Assembly: GCA_963804765.1 (NCBI GenBank)
Contig: CAWDRQ010000046.1
Span: 85,580 to 149,579 of the forward strand
From: an uncultured Acidimicrobiaceae bacterium
GTDB lineage: Bacteria > Actinomycetota > Acidimicrobiia > Acidimicrobiales > Bog-793
Reading direction: 5' to 3'
DNA: 64,000 nt
The notes below the pieces were generated by a model. It had not been told where the DNA came from. It did not search any database and saw nothing but the letters and a program-made list of their open reading frames with translations. A program made the position numbers and the translations under genes. Shown one piece after another: positions 24,521-31,893 of the stretch. Within the stretch, counting starts at the first letter, position 1. Each line of letters opens with the position of its first letter.

Positions 24521-25062
24521 GGCCGCGCCGCCTGGGACGCCCCGCCACCTCGTGGTTCGAAGCCGGCCGACACCGGCCGCGACGCTAGCGCCCAAGGTGC
24601 CCGGCTCAGGTGGCAAAGGGCGAGAGCGAGCGCGTCGGCCGCGTCGGCCGGTCTCGGGACGGCATCGAGGTCCAGTAGGCGCGCCACCATTCGCTGCACT
24701 TGATCTTTGGTCGCCCCACCGAAGCCGGTCACCGCGAGCTTGACCTCGTTCGAGGTGTACTCGACGACTTCGCAGCCCAGCTCCACCGCGGTCAAGAGCG
24801 CGACCCCACTCGCCTGCCCGACCGACATCGCGGTCCTGGCATTGGTCCGGAAGAAGACCCGCTCGACGACGACGACGTCCGGGTGAAGCTCGCCGACAAG
24901 CGTGTACAGCTCCGCACGAAGCGTCGCGAGTCGTAAGGGCACCGACTCGTCGACGGCGGTCGTGATCACACCGGCTGCGACCGCGTGCCTTCGCGGCCCT
25001 TCCGACCTCACACAGCCGTAGCCGCACCTGGACAAGCCTGGATCGATGCCGAGAACAAACAC
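24517..25062 (-). CDS. ruvC: crossover junction endodeoxyribonuclease RuvC
   Basis: VFVLGIDPGLSRCGYG N terminus, typical of RuvC. GTG at 25062; the ORF track extends to a TTG at 25092. Confidence 0.9.
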   Translation of the reverse strand: MFVLGIDPGLSRCGYGCVRSEGPRRHAVAAGVITTAVDESVPLRLATLRAELYTLVGELHPDVVVVERVFFRTNARTAMSVGQASGVALLTAVELGCEVVEYTSNEVKLAVTGFGGATKDQVQRMVARLLDLDAVPRPADAADALALALCHLSRAPWALASRPVSAGFEPRGGGASQAARP

Positions 25063-25116
25063 TCGTTCGATCGTAACCCGCGCGACCCGCAACCCGGCGG
25101 ATCGTGGCGAGACAAC

Positions 25117-25866
25117 TCAGAGCTCGACGCGCTCGAGGATCTCGTCGGGGATGTCGAAGTTCGCCCAGACGCTCTGGACATCGTCGTGTTCCTCCAGCAG
25201 CTCGATGAGCTTCAGCACCCGCTTGGCGGTCGACTCGTCGGTGACTTCGACGCGCGTCGTCGGCACCATCTCGAGATCTGCCGAGTCCACGGCGATCGAG
25301 GCCTCGCTCAGGGCAACGTGTACCCCGGCGAGGTCCGCGGGAGCGCTCGTGACCATCCACTCGTCGCCCTCGTCACGCAAGTCCTCCCCACCTGCTTCGA
25401 GTGCGGCGGCCATCAGCTCGTCCTCGCCGACGGACTTCGGGACCATCACGACGCCCTTGCGTGCGAACTGCCAAGAGACCGCGCCGGGCTCGGCCATCGA
25501 GCCGCCGTTGCGCGAGAACAGCGACCGGACCTCAGACCCGGTCCGATTTCGATTGTCCGTGAGGCACTCCACGATCATCGCAACACCGGAGGGTGCATAG
25601 CCCTCGTAGGAGATCGCTTCGTAACGGACGCCTTCGAGCTCGCCGGTGCCACGTTTGATGGCTCGCTCGATCGTGTCGAGCGGTACGGACGCGTCCCGGG
25701 CCTTGGTGAACATGGTGCGGAGCGTCGCGTTCGCGGTCATGTCGCCGCCGCCCTCCCGCGCGGCGACCTCCACCTGGCGGATCAGCTTGGCGAAGAGCTT
25801 CCCCCGAGCCGCGTCGACGGCACCCTTGCGATGCTTGGTGGTTGCCCACTTCGAATGGCCCGACAT
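25117..25866 (-). CDS. yebC: YebC/PmpR family DNA-binding transcriptional regulator
   Basis: MSGHSKWATTKHRKGAVDAARGKLFAKLIR is the hallmark N terminus. A GGAGG-type SD (gagggaggatgaggcgATG) lies upstream. Confidence 0.93.
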   Translation of the reverse strand: MSGHSKWATTKHRKGAVDAARGKLFAKLIRQVEVAAREGGGDMTANATLRTMFTKARDASVPLDTIERAIKRGTGELEGVRYEAISYEGYAPSGVAMIVECLTDNRNRTGSEVRSLFSRNGGSMAEPGAVSWQFARKGVVMVPKSVGEDELMAAALEAGGEDLRDEGDEWMVTSAPADLAGVHVALSEASIAVDSADLEMVPTTRVEVTDESTAKRVLKLIELLEEHDDVQSVWANFDIPDEILERVEL

Positions 25867-26065
25867 CGCCTCATCCTCCCTCGATGCCCAATAGCACGCA
25901 CGGCCACGACCGTAGGCCCGCCGCCAGTCCGGGCTGGAACGCCACCGGCTCGTGCCGAACAGACCTCACCGCTTGACACGTTCCTGGTGCACCCGACAAT
26001 TCGACCACGATTGGGCCGACCTCGCCAGTTCGAACTTCGAGATCCAACCACATCTGGAGGCCCGT

Positions 26066-27024
26066 TCAGAGCTCTCTCAAGACGCCGACCCGTTCGGCGA
26101 GATCGAGGGCCCCGAACCGTACTGGCTCCTCTGACGGCAGGTCGAACGGCGCCAGCCAGAGCCGCGAGGTCGACTCCGTCACACTGCGCGGGAGGCAGGC
26201 GGGCCTTCTGTTGGGGGCCTCGCCGATCTTCTCCAGGGCGCGGATCAGGCCTGGTGGGTAACGGGTGACTGCGACCGCCGCAAGATCAGCCAACGGCTCA
26301 CGGCCGTGGCCGGCAACCCTGTCGGCAATCCTGGCAAAGGTCGGGACATAGCCTTTGAGCGGGTCGAAAGCCAGCACGGCGATGGCCCCCGAGACCGTGT
26401 CACCACGTTTTATGTGCGCCAGCTCGTGTGCCAACACCGCCTCGAGCTCGATCCGGTCCAAGAGCAGGACGAGACCGCTGGTGACGAAAACGACGCCGTG
26501 GTCGGGCGAGCGGCCCACCGACACCGCGTTCGGCGCCGGGTCGTCCAGGACACGGATCTCCGCGCTCGGCAGACCGAACACGGCGAACAACCCCTCTGCG
26601 ACGTCGGCCAGACGCGCAGCTTCGCCGGCGCTGAGAATGCTGGGTCGCCGCTTGGCGGTGACCACCGTCCCGCCCAGCCGCTTCGTCAGCACGCTGGCCG
26701 CGCGCGCGCCCAGGTCAACCACGACACCAACGCGATCGCACAGGCGATCGCGACCCCGGCGATCAAGAAGTCCATCGAGACGACTCCGAGCACGATCAGC
26801 ACGATCCCGACACTGAGGGGAGCCACAAGAGCGGCCGCGGCCCGCCGCCGGCTCGCACGTGCCGCGTGGCGCCAGACGGCGTCCCGGCGCCGGGCGGCCG
26901 CGGCCAGCACTGCCCTTGAGGCCTCGTAGGCGGCCTGTTGTGCCTCGACGGCCCGGCGCGCCCTCCCGTCACTGTCGGAGGCACGGCGCTGCCAGCGCGT
27001 CCGGTCCCTCGCGCCTGGAGTCAT
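26066..27024 (-). pseudogene. M48-family zinc metallopeptidase (HtpX-like). Either frameshifted (net -1 near 26722-26745) or two overlapping ORFs.
   Basis: ORF 26066..26722 carries HELAHIKRGD (HExxH). ORF 26686..27024 encodes two TM helices (LVAPLSVGIVLIVLGVV, FLIAGVAIACAIALV). The helix reads on smoothly in the downstream frame (..CAIA-VGVVVDLGARAASVL..). Combined length 959 nt, which is 2 mod 3. Starts 10 nt after the pimA stop. Confidence 0.6.
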
Positions 27025-27034
27025 TTGCCCGAGG

Positions 27035-28153
27035 CTACCCGGAACGGGCCGTGCGCCCTAACCGGACGTAGGCCTCCCGGTACGAATCGGCGACCGCCCC
27101 CATGTCGCACTCGCGCGCGCGCTGGCGTCCCCGATCTCGGAGAACCTCCCGTTCGCCATGGTCCAAGAGCAGGGAAAGGATGGCTCCGGCGAGCGCGACC
27201 CGGTCGCCTGCAGGCACGTAGCGAGCTGCCTGCCCGGCTGCAAGTTGATACCCGGGGAGGTCCGAAGCGACAACCGCTGTGCCTGCGGCCATCGCCTCCA
27301 GCAGTACGACCCCGAAAGACTCCCCTCCGAGCGACGGCGCTGCGAAGACGTCCGCGCCGGCCAGGCGTGCCGCCCGCTCCTCGTCCCCGACAGGCCCGAG
27401 CCACTCGATCCGGGCGTCCGAACCGAAACGGCTCCTCAGCCGCTCGGTCTCGGGCCCGTATCCCAACACCCACAGATGCGTCGACCCCGGCAATAGCCCG
27501 AATGCCTCAAGCAGCACCTCGAGCCCCTTGCGAGATTCGTGACGGCCGACGAACACGACCGTCGGCGCGCTCGTGGGCCATGGAACCGCCGAAGAGAACC
27601 TTTGCACCTCGACACCGTTCGGGATGATCCCGACCCGGTTCGACAGGTGCCCGACGCAAGCCCGAGCGGTGGCGCCTGCTTCTTCCGACACGGCGAAGGC
27701 GGCATCGAGCCGACGAGACCACGGCCCTACGATGTGCCCGTACGCTCGGTAGGCGAAGTCGGCCCCAGAACGATGAAAGGTGCCGACGATGGGGCGCGGC
27801 CCGGCAACGACGGCGGCGAGCGAAGGACCGGGCACGAACGGCTCGTGCACATGGACAATCTCAGGAGCGAACTCGTGCAAGGCCGAGACCGTGCGCGACA
27901 TCGTCGCCGGCCACGGCGAGACGGGCGCGCGCGATCCGTTCACCGAGACCGAGGTTCCCGTCCCCACTTTGATGAAGACAGCGCCGTCGAGCTCGGCGGG
28001 ATCGACCCGGCCGGTCCTGCCTGTGCCTTCTGCCGGAGCCACAACGGCTACATCGTCCCCCCTCGATCTGAGCGCTCTTGCGAGGCCAAGGACCTGTGTC
28101 TGTACCCCACCCGGCATCGTGCAGCTGTACGGGCATACGAGCGCGATCCGCAT
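27035..28153 (-). CDS. pimA: GDP-mannose-dependent phosphatidylinositol alpha-mannosyltransferase (GT4)
   Basis: MRIALVCPYSCTMPGGVQTQVLGLARAL resembles the PimA N terminus. GT4 E-x7-E region GGESFGVVLLEAMAAG. Sits in the conserved pgsA1-patA-pimA neighbourhood. Confidence 0.85.
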   Translation of the reverse strand: MRIALVCPYSCTMPGGVQTQVLGLARALRSRGDDVAVVAPAEGTGRTGRVDPAELDGAVFIKVGTGTSVSVNGSRAPVSPWPATMSRTVSALHEFAPEIVHVHEPFVPGPSLAAVVAGPRPIVGTFHRSGADFAYRAYGHIVGPWSRRLDAAFAVSEEAGATARACVGHLSNRVGIIPNGVEVQRFSSAVPWPTSAPTVVFVGRHESRKGLEVLLEAFGLLPGSTHLWVLGYGPETERLRSRFGSDARIEWLGPVGDEERAARLAGADVFAAPSLGGESFGVVLLEAMAAGTAVVASDLPGYQLAAGQAARYVPAGDRVALAGAILSLLLDHGEREVLRDRGRQRARECDMGAVADSYREAYVRLGRTARSG

Positions 28154-28320
28154 CGGCCATGACGCTATCGGCAGCGCCCGGCTCCTACCGGGTCATTCGG
28201 TCGCTACGCGCGCCGCGCCTGTGCTTTGAGCGAATCGAGGTGAGTCCGCGGACGCCGCCCGGTTGCCGGTTGTTCGCGCCCACGAGTGTTGTGGCTGCGG
28301 ATGAAAGCGTTCCACGCTTC

Positions 28321-28764
28321 TCATGGTTGTTTGCACTCTGTCCCCGAGGTGGCAATCGTGGTCTCACCGGTGGCGGCCGATTCGGCGCTCGCCCAATTGG
28401 TGCCCACCGATGCCGCCACCTTGAAGTAGTAGTTGCCTGCCGTGAGGGTCCCACTGGTCCACGACGTCGTGGCTGCCGTGCCAGTGGACGAGTATGTGCC
28501 CGCCAAGGTCGTCGCCTTGTAGATCGTGTAGCTCGAGGCGTCAGTGACCGCGTTCCACGAAACCGTCACGGTCCGTCCGCTGGAGGACACGCACAGGTCC
28601 GAAACGCCGCTTGGTGCAGATGGCCCCGGCTTGGCCTGGGCCTCGCCGTTGCTCCCGGTGTGGAGCGCGAGCGTCCAGTTGGACCCGGCGGCGGGGACGA
28701 CGGTTGCCAGCACGACAGCGACGAGGATCCCAGCAGACAGCGGCGCGAGTGGCGTGCGGGCCAA
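28321..28764 (-). CDS. secreted or anchored FN3-domain protein (paralog pair member 2)
   Basis: N-terminal hydrophobic segment LSAGILVAVVLATVV, then NWTLALHTGSNGEAQA, then an FN3-like pattern VTVSWNAVTDASSYTIYKATTLAGTYSS...YYFKVAA. TTG start at 28764. Confidence 0.7.
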   Translation of the reverse strand: MARTPLAPLSAGILVAVVLATVVPAAGSNWTLALHTGSNGEAQAKPGPSAPSGVSDLCVSSSGRTVTVSWNAVTDASSYTIYKATTLAGTYSSTGTAATTSWTSGTLTAGNYYFKVAASVGTNWASAESAATGETTIATSGTECKQP

Positions 28765-28804
28765 CGTTCGTGGTCGTTGCTCGCGCCGTTGCCTGCTATG
28801 GCGG

Positions 28805-29470
28805 TCAGCTCGCCCAGGCGTCGGTGGCCGGGCTCGTCGTCACTGTCGCGGCGCCACCGGTGGCGGTGACACCGGTGAGCGACGGCATGGAGAAGTACGT
28901 GTTCTCACACGCCGCCGGGGCGGCGAGGGCCATGGAGGCGTCGTTGGTCAAAGTGACCGTCAAGGGGTTGCCCGTCCCGTTGTAGGCGGCGACCGTGACT
29001 GGCGTCGTCAATGTGTGCGAGCTGCCGCTCGTGCCGGTCGCGTAGTTCCAGGAGACGTCGCTCGTGGTCGACGAGCAGCCCGACTGAGCGGTCGACAAAG
29101 AGCTCGTCGTGTACCCGGAGGCGTAGCTCGTGTTCGCCGGCAAGTTCACCGCAGTGATGGTGACGGGGAAGGCATTCGGGTTAGAGATCGTGAGCACCAC
29201 GTCGCCGTTGCCGCCGGGGTACAGGACGTTCGTGGCGGCCGGGGACGCGACGGCGGTGATCGTCAAGTTGGACACCGTCGCCGACTGTGCCTCACCGCTC
29301 GCGCCGGCGTTGAGCCCGACGGCCCAGTTCGTCGCCGCATAGGCGCCACCTCCTGCGAGAAGGGCACCGAGCACCGCGCTTACAAGCTTCGTCTTACGCG
29401 ACCAAGGCGTGCTGGTCCTGCTGTGCGCCTTGCCGTGACCCGTACGACCTCGAACGCTTAACGCAGACAC
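28805..29470 (-). CDS. secreted or anchored beta-rich (Ig-like) protein (paralog pair member 1)
   Basis: Positively charged N terminus, hydrophobic LVSAVLGALLAGGGAYAA, then NWAVGLNAGASGEAQS. The rest is Ser/Thr/Asn-rich beta-strand-like sequence with two Cys (SGCSS, AACEN). GTG start at 29470 with GGAG 8-11 nt upstream. Confidence 0.72.
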   Translation of the reverse strand: MSALSVRGRTGHGKAHSRTSTPWSRKTKLVSAVLGALLAGGGAYAATNWAVGLNAGASGEAQSATVSNLTITAVASPAATNVLYPGGNGDVVLTISNPNAFPVTITAVNLPANTSYASGYTTSSLSTAQSGCSSTTSDVSWNYATGTSGSSHTLTTPVTVAAYNGTGNPLTVTLTNDASMALAAPAACENTYFSMPSLTGVTATGGAATVTTSPATDAWAS

Positions 29471-29497
29471 GAAAGATCTCCCGTTTCAATCCGTGAG

Positions 29498-29517
29498 GTG
29501 TTCCCTCATTGGAACAC
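29498..29517. promoter_or_regulatory. perfect 7-bp inverted repeat GTGTTCC-N6-GGAACAC in the leader of the secreted-protein genes
   Basis: Read directly: gtgttcc ctcatt ggaacac, 28-47 nt upstream of the GTG at 29470. Could be an operator or a 5'-UTR hairpin. Confidence 0.35.
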
Positions 29518-29563
29518 TGCCTCCGGTATTTCGACAGGATTCTTAGGCTCTTTAACCCCGAAC

Positions 29564-29591
29564 GTACGGAATTTTCATCAGTACCGTACTG
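29564..29591. promoter_or_regulatory. composite site A: GTACGGA-N8-CAGTACCGTACTG (13-bp 6-1-6 palindrome), candidate LuxR-type operator
   Basis: Read directly at 29564-29591. Lies between the PAS-LuxR stop (29600) and the secreted-protein gene start (29470). A near-identical copy lies at 31498-31526. Confidence 0.5.
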
Positions 29592-29599
29592 ATTTCCTT

Positions 29600-31408
29600 C
29601 TACGTGTCCTGTTGCGGAGCGATCCCTTCGAGGTCCTGTTGGGCACTCAGGGCAGCGCGAGTCAAACGCGAGAACTCAGCCGCGGCCTCCTCTCTGGTGC
29701 GGACTCCGAGCTTTCGGTAGCTGTGCGCGAGATGCGACTCGACGGTCCGGACAGAGACCGAGAGATGCGCGGCCATCTTCGGGGCTGTGAAGCCCTCGCA
29801 CAGGAGTGTGAGTATCTCCGTCTCTCTCGGTGTGAAGCTTGCGAGGAGCTTGCCCGCCGTCATCGCGTGCGCCACGAGCTCGCGCTCGAGGCGCTTGCGC
29901 TTGGTGATGTCTTCTACGATGCGCAAGCCATAGATCGGCGCGCCATGCTCACCCCGGATGATTGAAGCGGTCACACTTGCGAAGACAACGTCTCCGACAT
30001 CAGTGACGAAGCGTGTCTCGGCCTGATAGCCCGGGATCATCTCCGCTGACAGCCTTCGCGCGAGCTCGGACTGTTTGTCCGCGTCTTCGGGGTGGGCGCA
30101 GGATGCGAAAGTGGCCCCCACGAGCTGGTCTCTCGTCCGTCCGACGAAGTGGCACAGCGCCCGATTCGCGTCCACGATCCGCGAATCGAGGTCGACGAGG
30201 GCAATCCCGAGAGGCCCCTCGTTGAAAACCTGACGGAACCGTTGCTCGCTCTCGCGGAGTTCCTCCTCGGTGCGCCTGCGTTCTGTCACGTCACGAACGC
30301 TCCAGACGCGCCCGACAGCCACACCGTCCACGTACTGCGGCTTCGAGTAACGTTCGAACACTTGACCGTCCTTCAACTCCAACGTGTCGCTCGACTCGGC
30401 ATCGGGGTTGGCGTACAGCTCAGCCACCTTGGCCCGGAACTCCTCCGGCTTGGCCAACTGGTCAATCACGAACGAGATCACAGCCGCGCCATCTCGTGCG
30501 GCCAGAATCGAGTCGGGCAGTCGCCACATCTCGGCGAACTGACGGTTGTGGCTGGAAATTCGGCCGGAGGCATCGACCACGAGGATGCCGTCGGCGGTGG
30601 ACTCGAGCGTTGCGGTGAGCAGCGACAGGGTGTCACGAAGCTCGAGCTCGGTCGCGACTCGTACCGTGATGTCGCGACCGGACACAACGAACCCCCCGAC
30701 GGTCGGATCGTCGAGCAGATTGACGAACGAGAGCTCGAACGGCACTGTCTCGCTGCTCGCGTGGCGGCGGAGCTGCACCACGACCGTCACCGGTTTGCAG
30801 GAGGATGCCCCGAGAGACGCTCGCTCGAACGCGTCGCGGAGCTTGGCGCGGTCGGCTTCGGTCACGAGCTCGGCCAGAGGCTGGCCTTCGACGAGCTCGG
30901 GATCGTGGCCCAACAGCCGGCTCAGTGCTGCAGAGACGGAGTCCATCACCCCAAGGGGCGAGACCAGCATCGTCACGTTGGCCGCATTCTGGACGAGGGA
31001 TCGCAGGCGGGCTTCTTCGTTGCGAGCGACTTCAAACCGTCTTCGCTCCGTCAGGTCCCGCAGACTGAAGAGAACCGCTTGACCGCCGAGCCAGTTTATC
31101 GGTGAGCCGATGACCTCCAAGAGGCGCCAACCCGTAGCGGTCTTGGCTCGAACCTCTATGAGGGTGCCCGTCTCCTTTCGCTGCACGCTCACGAGCGACC
31201 GCAGGACTAGCTCCACATCCTCGGGGTGCACGAGATCAAGTGCTGGCAGTCCTATCGAGTCCTCGAGCGACCGGCCGAACATGCGCTCCGCCGCGTGGTT
31301 TCCCCACTGCAGTAAGCCTTGTGGGTCAAGAACGATCACCGCATCGGGAAGCAACCAGGCCAACATCTCGTTCTGAGATTCGAGCCCCGTCATAGTCGCT
31401 CCGTACAC
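29600..31408 (-). CDS. multi-PAS sensor fused to a LuxR/FixJ-type HTH transcriptional regulator
   Basis: At least three PAS-like repeats (LPDAVIVLDPQGLLQWGNHAAERMFG; TADGILVVDASGRISSHNRQFAEMW; GPLGIALVDLDSRIVDANRALCHFVG). C-terminal HTH: TPRETEILTLLCEGFTAPKMAAHLSVSVRTVESHLAHSYRKLGV. No receiver domain. Confidence 0.88.
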   Translation of the reverse strand: MYGATMTGLESQNEMLAWLLPDAVIVLDPQGLLQWGNHAAERMFGRSLEDSIGLPALDLVHPEDVELVLRSLVSVQRKETGTLIEVRAKTATGWRLLEVIGSPINWLGGQAVLFSLRDLTERRRFEVARNEEARLRSLVQNAANVTMLVSPLGVMDSVSAALSRLLGHDPELVEGQPLAELVTEADRAKLRDAFERASLGASSCKPVTVVVQLRRHASSETVPFELSFVNLLDDPTVGGFVVSGRDITVRVATELELRDTLSLLTATLESTADGILVVDASGRISSHNRQFAEMWRLPDSILAARDGAAVISFVIDQLAKPEEFRAKVAELYANPDAESSDTLELKDGQVFERYSKPQYVDGVAVGRVWSVRDVTERRRTEEELRESEQRFRQVFNEGPLGIALVDLDSRIVDANRALCHFVGRTRDQLVGATFASCAHPEDADKQSELARRLSAEMIPGYQAETRFVTDVGDVVFASVTASIIRGEHGAPIYGLRIVEDITKRKRLERELVAHAMTAGKLLASFTPRETEILTLLCEGFTAPKMAAHLSVSVRTVESHLAHSYRKLGVRTREEAAAEFSRLTRAALSAQQDLEGIAPQQDT

Positions 31409-31497
31409 TACAGATGCTGGCCGTTGGCCGCAGAAGCAAAGAACATGTCACCCGCCTAATGTTGCAGCCGCCGGCGGCTCGTCCTTGAGGCATCTAT

Positions 31498-31542
31498 GTA
31501 CGGATAAATGCGTCAGTACGGTACTGGCTGTTTTCTCCGTAC
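31498..31542. promoter_or_regulatory. composite site B: GTACGGA-N9-CAGTACGGTACTG-N9-TCCGTAC, a 45-bp nested inverted repeat in the divergent promoter region
   Basis: Read directly. The outer arms GTACGGA and TCCGTAC are reverse complements. The core is the same 6-1-6 palindrome as site A. Lies between the LuxR-type gene start (31408) and the candidate small ORF start (31550). Confidence 0.5.
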
Positions 31543-31549
31543 CCTTCCA

Positions 31550-31826
31550 GTGCGCCTGGACTCGGTCCCCCTGGAAGTGCTCAAGCTCGTTTGAGAACAT
31601 CTACCTCGAGCTCGCGGACCAGTACGTCGCCCATCTCTCGCTGGTGCGGGCTCAGACGATCGCGGCTCGGGGCTGGTCGCTTGAGGGAATGGTCGACGCC
31701 GTCCTCTTCGAGCTCGAGCGCTTCACCGAGGCGGTCGAAAGATCCGGAAGTCCTGCCGGCTTGTGTGAGGCCGCTCAGCTCAAGACAAGGCCGAACGAGA
31801 CCTGGCCGGCAACGGACCCTGGCTGA
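31550..31826 (+). CDS. hypothetical small protein (~91 aa), apparently needing a +1 correction in the TTT run at 31590-31592
   Basis: GTG at 31550 opens VRLDSVPLEVLKLV*, with 12 of 14 codons ending in G/C. The adjacent frame continues (F)ENIYLELADQYVAHLSLVRAQTIAARGWSLEGMVDAVLFELERFTEAVERSGSP..., also with very high GC3. The upstream part of the listed 113-aa ORF has low GC3. No family recognised. Confidence 0.35.
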
Positions 31827-31893
31827 CACCGTCGCGTGACCTCGCGTGTCATCCCCGTGTCACGCCCGCAGGACTGCCAGGTAAACCTGCATT

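Noticed and set aside
23906-25360. 484-aa ORF suggesting a much longer RuvA.
   Set aside because: The upstream 280 aa overprint ruvC and yebC in another frame and are Arg/Gly-rich nonsense. The canonical RuvA N terminus (VIASLRG) begins at GTG 24520, which overlaps the ruvC stop.
28303-28320. Short hairpin (AAGCGT-GGA-ACGCTT) immediately after the FN3 gene stop, as a possible intrinsic terminator insulating pimA.
   Set aside because: The stem is only 6 bp and there is no downstream T-tract on the transcribed strand. That is too weak to call, and RNA-seq 3' ends would be needed.
29579-29591. The 13-bp palindrome right after the LuxR-type gene stop could be its transcription terminator.
   Set aside because: A 6-bp stem with a 1-nt loop is sterically implausible as an RNA hairpin, there is no U-tract, and an almost identical site occurs in a promoter context at 31514-31526. 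A protein-binding site is the better explanation.
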